In this document: positions 58,183 through 64,000 of the stretch, one piece after another
Layout: each line of letters starts with the position of its first letter
Numbering within the stretch: the stretch's first letter is position 1
From: Myxococcota bacterium
GTDB lineage: Bacteria > Myxococcota_A > UBA796 > UBA2385
DNA length: 64,000 bases
Assembly (NCBI GenBank): GCA_044344255.1
Contig: JBIJDH010000001.1
Coordinates: forward strand, 448,001-512,000
Direction: 5' to 3'
Notes under the pieces: generated by a model
The model's database searches: none
Told to the model about the DNA's origin: nothing
What the model saw: only the letters and a program-made list of their open reading frames with translations
Made by a program: the position numbers and the translations under genes

Positions 58183-59355
58183 ATGTGGCCCGATCCCCTC
58201 AAGACCCAAGACATGTCCCCCGAAGCGATCCTCGCTGAGGTCCCGCGTTTCCTCTCCCTGGCCCAGCTCCGGAGCTTCCAGGGCGGTGAAGGGGGCGCCT
58301 CCGAGCGCCTCACCGCCGAGGAAGAGAAGGCGATGGCCCGGCAGATCCGCAAGGCGGAGCAGATCGCCCGTGAGGCGGTGGCCGGCATCAACGAGGCCGA
58401 CAACATCCTCATGCGCCGCCCCGATCGTGCCGAGCGCACCCGCGCCGGCGCCGTCGACCGCCTGGAAGAGGCCGTCAAGGCCGTCGCCAAGGCCGCCCGG
58501 AAGGACAACGACCTGCGCGGCTACGCCAAGCAGGCCGCCACCGCCTGGGCCGAAGCCGAGAACCTCCGCTGGCGCCTCGCGATGTCGGGCCGTCGCATCG
58601 CCCACGGGGAGGCCCGCAAGCTGGCTGGCCCCTTCATGGACGAGGAGGATCTCGTCCAGGAGGGCTACATCGGCCTCCTGCGCGCCGCCAAGCGCTTTGA
58701 CCCCGATCGTGGCATCCGCTTCTCCACCTACGCCCGCTGGTGGGTGCGCGCCCAGATGACGCGCGCCATCGACCACACGGGCCGCCCGGTGCGCCTGCCC
58801 GGCTGTGCGGTCGAGCAGACCCGCAACCTCCGCAAGGCGATGAAGCGCTTCGAGTCCGTGGGCATCGAGTACTCCACGCACGACCTCGCCGAGGAGGTGG
58901 GGATCGACAAGGAGCGGGCCGAGCTCTTGCTCAGCCAGGGCAACACCATCTCGCTCGAGCAGCCGGTGGACGACGGGCCGCGCCCACGCCCCCTAGACCG
59001 CTTCCTGTCGGATGAGGACGCCCCGCAGCCGGATCTCGAGGCGATCTCCACCCAGGAGCTCAACCGGATGGACGACGCCTTCCACGGCCTGTTGAGCGAG
59101 CGCCAGCGCTTCGTGCTCACCCGCCGCTACGGCCTCGACGACGGTGAGTTCCGCACCCTCTCCGAGGTCGGCAAGGAGATGGGGCTCTCCCGCGAGCGGG
59201 TCCGCCAGATCGAGCGCGAGGCCCTCACCCGCCTCCGCGACCAGAGCGGCATCCGGGGCCCGATCCAGCTCAAGACGCGGGAGGCAGCCACCCCGCCCCT
59301 GACGCCACCCCTGACGTCGCCCCCGGCGCCCCAGCTCGGCGCCGCCGCCCGCTGA
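58183..59355 (+). CDS. Sigma-70 family RNA polymerase sigma factor (RpoD/RpoS-like, no region 1.1)
   Basis: DLVQEGYIGL, FDPDRGIRFSTYARWW, TLSEVG...SRERVRQIE. Confidence 0.93.
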   Translation: MWPDPLKTQDMSPEAILAEVPRFLSLAQLRSFQGGEGGASERLTAEEEKAMARQIRKAEQIAREAVAGINEADNILMRRPDRAERTRAGAVDRLEEAVKAVAKAARKDNDLRGYAKQAATAWAEAENLRWRLAMSGRRIAHGEARKLAGPFMDEEDLVQEGYIGLLRAAKRFDPDRGIRFSTYARWWVRAQMTRAIDHTGRPVRLPGCAVEQTRNLRKAMKRFESVGIEYSTHDLAEEVGIDKERAELLLSQGNTISLEQPVDDGPRPRPLDRFLSDEDAPQPDLEAISTQELNRMDDAFHGLLSERQRFVLTRRYGLDDGEFRTLSEVGKEMGLSRERVRQIEREALTRLRDQSGIRGPIQLKTREAATPPLTPPLTSPPAPQLGAAAR

Positions 59356-59384
59356 GGCGTCGGCTCAGGTTGGCTCCGGCCGGC

Positions 59385-60389
59385 TCAGCCGCGTGAAGCG
59401 GCGATGACCCGGAGGAAGTTCTCGCCGTAACAAGCGAGGATCTCCTCCGGTCTCCATTTGAGGCGCAGCAAGGCCTCGGTGAGCCGGGGCATCTTCTCGG
59501 CGCTGTCGAGGTCGGAGGGGTAGAGCGACCAGCCCTCCCAGTCCGTGCCGATGGCGCAGTGCTCGACGCCGACCTTGTCCTTGATGTGGTGGAGGTGCGC
59601 CGCCACCGCGTCGACGCCGCCCGGCCCGATGAAGGGGGTGACGAAGATGACCCCCACCACGCCGCCGGTGCGGGCCACGGCGCGGAGCTGGTCGTCGTCG
59701 AGGCCCCGTGGGCTCGAATAGACCGCGTTCGCCGAGGTGTGGGAGCAGATCAGGGGCTTGTCGGTGGCGGCGCAGGTCTCGAGGAGGCCGGCGCGGTTGA
59801 CGTGGGCCACGTCAATGAGGATGGCGCGGTGGTTGAGCTCGGCGACGAGATCGCGGCCGAAGGGGCTGAGGCCGACCGTGTGGTCCTGGCCCCAGCCCAC
59901 CATCGGCCGGCAGGCCTCGTTCTTCGAGAAGTGCACGAGGCCCACATAGGCGAGGCCGCGGGCCTGAAAGGCCGGGAGCTCATCGAGCCGCCCGTACAGC
60001 CCGTGCGCCCCCTCGAGGCCGGCGAAGACGGCGATCTTGCCCGCCGCGCGGGCGGCCCGGATCTCCGCCGCGGTGGTGGCGAGGGCCAAGGTGTCCGGAG
60101 AGTCGGCGAGCAGGCCGTGCAGGCGATCGAGGTCGCTCGAGATGGCGCTCGGGCCCGAGGCCCGGCGGAGGGGGTTCGTCACGATGCCGAGCGCGAGACA
60201 TCCGAAATTGCCCTCTTTCAGCCTCGGGATGTCGCAGTGCCCCATCAAGGCCGCGCCCGGCAGGGGGTTGCCGCGGTGTCGCTTGTTCAGGTCCCAGCCT
60301 AGGAAGTAGCGGGTGAGCAGCACGTCGCAGTGCAGATCGACGAGGAGCGAGGCGTCGTGGATCTCGCGCGCCTCTCGGGACAGGATCAT
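59385..60389 (-). CDS. Membrane dipeptidase (M19)
   Basis: VDLHCD, GLEG, IDVAH, SH, IGTDWEG. Confidence 0.9.
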   Translation of the reverse strand: MILSREAREIHDASLLVDLHCDVLLTRYFLGWDLNKRHRGNPLPGAALMGHCDIPRLKEGNFGCLALGIVTNPLRRASGPSAISSDLDRLHGLLADSPDTLALATTAAEIRAARAAGKIAVFAGLEGAHGLYGRLDELPAFQARGLAYVGLVHFSKNEACRPMVGWGQDHTVGLSPFGRDLVAELNHRAILIDVAHVNRAGLLETCAATDKPLICSHTSANAVYSSPRGLDDDQLRAVARTGGVVGVIFVTPFIGPGGVDAVAAHLHHIKDKVGVEHCAIGTDWEGWSLYPSDLDSAEKMPRLTEALLRLKWRPEEILACYGENFLRVIAASRG

Positions 60390-61951
60390 CGGGGCGCTCC
60401 GGAGGCGGGTGCGGCGGGGATCGGCGCGTCAGCAGGGGCCCCGGTCGTGAGGGCCTGGACCCGCCGGCGGTCGGTGGGGATGTCGTGGAGCAGCGCCCAG
60501 GCGGGCACCCCGGGCTGCCGCTCGCCGAGCCAGATGCGGGCCGCGTCCCCGTTCGGCGGCGCGAAGCGGGGCTGGAGCCCGCCGTGGCTGCGGGTGGGGT
60601 CCAGGAAGACGAAGCCGTCTCCCCCCTCGAGGGTCGCGTCGCAGGCGAATTCTTCCACGCCGAGCGCCGGCCAGGCCACCCGGCGCGTCCCCGAGCCGGC
60701 GAGGAGCACGACACCCTCTTCGATGCCTCGCTCGGCGAGCAGCGCCTCCAGGCTCCGATCAACACACCAGTACGCGCGCCCGAGGTCGGTGACGATCGGC
60801 CCCGCACCGAGGCCTGCGCCGAGCGTCAGCGCGCCGAGCCCGAAGGCGCCGGCGCTGCGGACCGGGAGGCGGCTGAGCAGCCCATGGAGCCCCGCGGCGA
60901 AACAAGCGGGGAGCACGAGGTACAGCGGATGCCACAGCCGCGCCCCATACGCGAGGCCAGGGCTCCAGTAGAGGGCGTAGCCGCCGACGATCAGCAGGCC
61001 GAGCAGGGCGACCTCGGGGCGCCGGAGCCGGGCCGCGCCGCCGAGCACCAGCAGGCCGACCCCCGGCAGCCCGACCAGCAGGCGATCGAGGCGGGTGACG
61101 CTGTCGAGCGCGATCTGGAGCGCCTTCTCGGGGCTGTGGCCGAAGCTCCCCAGGGTGGCCATGCAGCCGCGATCGGCGCCGAAGCCGAGGCGGTTGCAGC
61201 CGGCGACGCCGGGGGGATCGACCCAGCCGTCGAACCAGGCGTCCATCGGGAAGCGGAGCGGGTCGCCGGTGAGGGCGAAGTTGTCCCAGCCGACGAGGGC
61301 GGTGGCCGCCGCGCAGGGCAGCAGCAGGCCGAGCCCGCCCCGGCGCTCCCGCCACAGCGAGGCGATCAGCAGCGGGCCGCCGACCAGCAGGGCGTCGAAG
61401 GGGCGCGCCAGCACGACATACGCGACGGGGAGCCCGACGGACCAGCCGGTCCGCCCGCGCGCCACGGCGAGGGCGGCGAGGGCGAGGGCGAGCAGCACCG
61501 AGGTGTGGCTCATCCGGCTCGCCGCGAGCACCCAGACCCCGGGGGAGAGGGCCATGAAGGCCGCGGCGAGCCGCCGGGCCGCCGGCTCCACCCCGAGCTC
61601 ACCGGCCAGGGCCGCGGCGAGCCCCGGCAGGAGCACGGCCAACAGCGGGTTGACGAGCGAGGCGAGGCCGAGGCGCTCCCCCACCGCGAGCAGCAGCGGC
61701 CAGCCGAAGGGGAAGGGTGAGTAGGAGGCCGGGGCCGAGACCCAGAAGGGGTAGAGCAGGCGGGAAGGGTCGTCGCCGGCCGGCCCCACGCGCTCGCCGG
61801 CCGCGAAGAGCCGCGCCTGGAGCGTGTAGGAGACCTCGTCGGTCACGTGGGGGAGGCCGTCCAGGGGCCCGAGCGCCACCGCCGTCGCGAGGAGGCCGAG
61901 CAGCAGACCCCAGCCCGCGAGCTCCCCCCGTGAGGGGCCCTCGCCGCTCAC
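60386..61951 (-). CDS. Polytopic GT-C-like (ArnT/PMT-type) membrane glycosyltransferase
   Basis: PHVTDEVSYTLQA after TM1; GWP; many TM segments. Confidence 0.65.
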   Translation of the reverse strand: MSGEGPSRGELAGWGLLLGLLATAVALGPLDGLPHVTDEVSYTLQARLFAAGERVGPAGDDPSRLLYPFWVSAPASYSPFPFGWPLLLAVGERLGLASLVNPLLAVLLPGLAAALAGELGVEPAARRLAAAFMALSPGVWVLAASRMSHTSVLLALALAALAVARGRTGWSVGLPVAYVVLARPFDALLVGGPLLIASLWRERRGGLGLLLPCAAATALVGWDNFALTGDPLRFPMDAWFDGWVDPPGVAGCNRLGFGADRGCMATLGSFGHSPEKALQIALDSVTRLDRLLVGLPGVGLLVLGGAARLRRPEVALLGLLIVGGYALYWSPGLAYGARLWHPLYLVLPACFAAGLHGLLSRLPVRSAGAFGLGALTLGAGLGAGPIVTDLGRAYWCVDRSLEALLAERGIEEGVVLLAGSGTRRVAWPALGVEEFACDATLEGGDGFVFLDPTRSHGGLQPRFAPPNGDAARIWLGERQPGVPAWALLHDIPTDRRRVQALTTGAPADAPIPAAPASGAPR

Positions 61952-63999
61952 GCCCGGCCCGGGTCAGGCGACCGCACAGGGCCTGGCACAGGGCCGAGCA
62001 CACAGCCGAGCATCGAGCGGCCGTCGTGGTTTCGGGGGAGGGTGGGCCGCTGAAGGTCTCCTACGGGCACGACGCGCGGGAACCAGCTCCACAGCTCGTT
62101 CCAAGCGGGGTCGCGGAGCGGCCGCAGGGGATCGCTCGTCGCCAGCGAGGAGAGCGAGCCGGCCCAGGGTCGCAGGGCCTCGGTGAGCGCGGCGGCGGAG
62201 GGCACCCGGTAGAGGTTCGCCATCCGGGGGAGGGCTGAGGGGGTCAGCAGCTCCAGCGGGAGCGTGGTGACGGCCCAGCCGCTCGGCGCGCCGCCCGCCT
62301 CCCCCGCGGCCTCGCGCAGCTGTCCGCGCGCGCGGGCGAGGCCCATCCGGCGCCGCCACTCGGGGCCGAGGCCGGGGTCGCGGCGGCCGAGGGGGAGGGT
62401 CCGGGAGAGCTCGTCGAGGGCTTGGGCGAGCGGGTCGAGCAGCGCGCCCGGATCTCCGACCACGAAGATCGCCGCGGGCGCCATGCAGCCGCGGCTGTCG
62501 AAGCGGCACAGGTCGAGGGCCAGCGCCCGGGCGAGCCGCGGGCGGGGGTCGACGAGGGCGACGCTGAAGCGGTGCCCGAAGAGCGCGTGGCGGGCCCCCG
62601 GCGTGGCCACGCGGATGGCGGCCATCGTCTCGTCCCCGCCAAAGGCGACCACGGCGTCGGGGCTCCCGAGGTCTCGGTCGAGGCTGAGCTCGACCGGCAG
62701 GCCCTCCGCGACGAAGGCGCGGGCGACGGCGGCGCAGAAGGCGGGGTCCCGCGCAGGCGCCTTGAGGCGGACCCGGATGCCCGCAGCGGCGTAGAGGGCC
62801 ACCCACTCGAGGACAGCGGTGAAGACGCCGTGCGCGGCCACCAGCGTGATCTCGGCCGGCCGGGCGCCTGGCACCGCGAGGCTGGCCTCGAGGCCCTCGA
62901 CGGTGATGGCGGAGGCGGCGAGGGCGAGACAAGCCTGCGCCATCTCGGGCGAGAGGCCCTGGGCCCAGGGGGTGGGATCGGCGCGCCCGAGGGCCGCGAT
63001 GGCCCGGAGCGCGGCGCCGACCCGCTTGTGGTCCCCCCGCTGGAGGGTGGGCGTCACGGCGAGGGCGAAGGGGTCGAGGAGGTCGTCTCGGTCGAGCGAG
63101 GTCTCCACGATCGGGAAGGCCAGGGCGACCTCCCGTCGGAGCTGCAGCTCCTCGACGGTGAGCGAGCAGCCGCGCGGCTCGTCACCCTCGAGGCGGCCGT
63201 GCAAGACCACGGAGCCGTCCGGCAAGAGCTCGCCGAGGTCTCGCGTCTCGATGGCGAGGGCGGTGTCGGCGTTAGCGAGGTCGTAGAAGCGGAGGAGGCC
63301 CACCGCGGCGTCCTCTCCGGTCCAGGGGTCCACCGCCCGCACCCGCATCCAAGGCGGCGGGAAGAAGGGCCCGCCGAGCTCGGGGGCCCAGAGCTGGGAG
63401 CAGAGCTCGGTCATCCCGTACTCGCCCACGAGGCGCACACCGGGGAAGATCGCGCGCAGGCGGTCGGCGAGCTCGCCCTCTCCCACCGTCCGCCGCCGCC
63501 CCTTGAAGCCGCCGGTGACCATCAGGATCGAGCCCGCGGGCAAGGGGCAGGCCTCGGAGACGCCCTCGATCAGCTCATCCCAGGCGAAGGCGGTGCCCGG
63601 CACGAACTGGGGGGCCACCGCCCCGCGCAGGGCCGCCCAGGCCCCCGCCTTGTCGAGGCCGCGCTCGGGATCGAAGCAGCGGCGGAGCCGAGGCGCGAAG
63701 TCGGCGCACATATGGCCGAGCGAGGCGTCCGAGGCGTGAGAGACGAGGGAGACACCCTCCTGCGGGACCTCCCCCAACACCGCCGCCGCGGCGAGGCGAG
63801 CGCCGAGATCGTAGAGCTCGGTGTCCCGCAGCCGCACGACCCCGCGGGCCCCGGTGGTGCCGCTGGTGCGAAAGGTGACCGTGGCGCCGGACGCCGGGAA
63901 GCTCGTGAGCGACAGGTCGCGGAAGAGCGCCACCGGGACGGCGGGGATGTCCTGCCAGCGGGTCGGCTGGGCTCCATCGGCGTAAGCCGCGTAGTCCCG
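61948..63999 (-). CDS. LuxE-like acyl-protein synthetase fused to a LuxC-like acyl-CoA reductase (5' end beyond the window)
   Basis: IPAVPV, FRTSGTTG, TGGFKGR, EYGMTEL, PRGCS; then AFGGDET, FGHRFS, DSRGCMAP. Confidence 0.85.
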   Translation of the reverse strand, partial: RDYAAYADGAQPTRWQDIPAVPVALFRDLSLTSFPASGATVTFRTSGTTGARGVVRLRDTELYDLGARLAAAAVLGEVPQEGVSLVSHASDASLGHMCADFAPRLRRCFDPERGLDKAGAWAALRGAVAPQFVPGTAFAWDELIEGVSEACPLPAGSILMVTGGFKGRRRTVGEGELADRLRAIFPGVRLVGEYGMTELCSQLWAPELGGPFFPPPWMRVRAVDPWTGEDAAVGLLRFYDLANADTALAIETRDLGELLPDGSVVLHGRLEGDEPRGCSLTVEELQLRREVALAFPIVETSLDRDDLLDPFALAVTPTLQRGDHKRVGAALRAIAALGRADPTPWAQGLSPEMAQACLALAASAITVEGLEASLAVPGARPAEITLVAAHGVFTAVLEWVALYAAAGIRVRLKAPARDPAFCAAVARAFVAEGLPVELSLDRDLGSPDAVVAFGGDETMAAIRVATPGARHALFGHRFSVALVDPRPRLARALALDLCRFDSRGCMAPAAIFVVGDPGALLDPLAQALDELSRTLPLGRRDPGLGPEWRRRMGLARARGQLREAAGEAGGAPSGWAVTTLPLELLTPSALPRMANLYRVPSAAALTEALRPWAGSLSSLATSDPLRPLRDPAWNELWSWFPRVVPVGDLQRPTLPRNHDGRSMLGCVLGPVPGPVRSPDPGRA

Positions 64000-64000
64000 G

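Noticed and set aside
61948..63999. Bioluminescence operon
   Set aside because: No luxA, luxB or luxD downstream; LuxC/LuxE homologues occur in non-luminous bacteria.

Overview
Very GC-rich chromosomal segment whose gene content suggests Myxococcota (inferred from TIGR02147, DUF6200-like, Ser/Thr kinase, FHA and many lipoprotein genes). The first ~2.2 kb is a collapsed type III-B CRISPR-Cas relic. It holds a frameshifted Lon-like protease, an AT-rich palindrome, a Cas10/Cmr2 reduced to its N-terminus fused in frame to a mutated Palm2 (GGDD->DGDD), and an open TIGR02710-type HEPN ORF that has lost its CARF domain. The rest is mostly core or metabolic: MscS, Opp ATPases, RNase Z, a DnaD-like/DnaC-like pair, an ECF sigma/anti-sigma pair, an Ig-repeat outer-membrane protein, nadA, an FHA-TrmB-kinase-GH13x3-porin alpha-glucan locus, plsB, CBS/CGL, a thiolase, nadE, a sigma-70 and a LuxE-LuxC fusion operon running off the right end. 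Notable oddities are several apparent pseudoenzymes (ALDH without catalytic Cys/Glu, prenyltransferase without DDxxD), two or three probable CTG starts, paired TrmB-type operator palindromes and frequent short tandem duplications. No tRNA, rRNA or CRISPR array was seen. All family calls come from manual motif recognition, not database searches.
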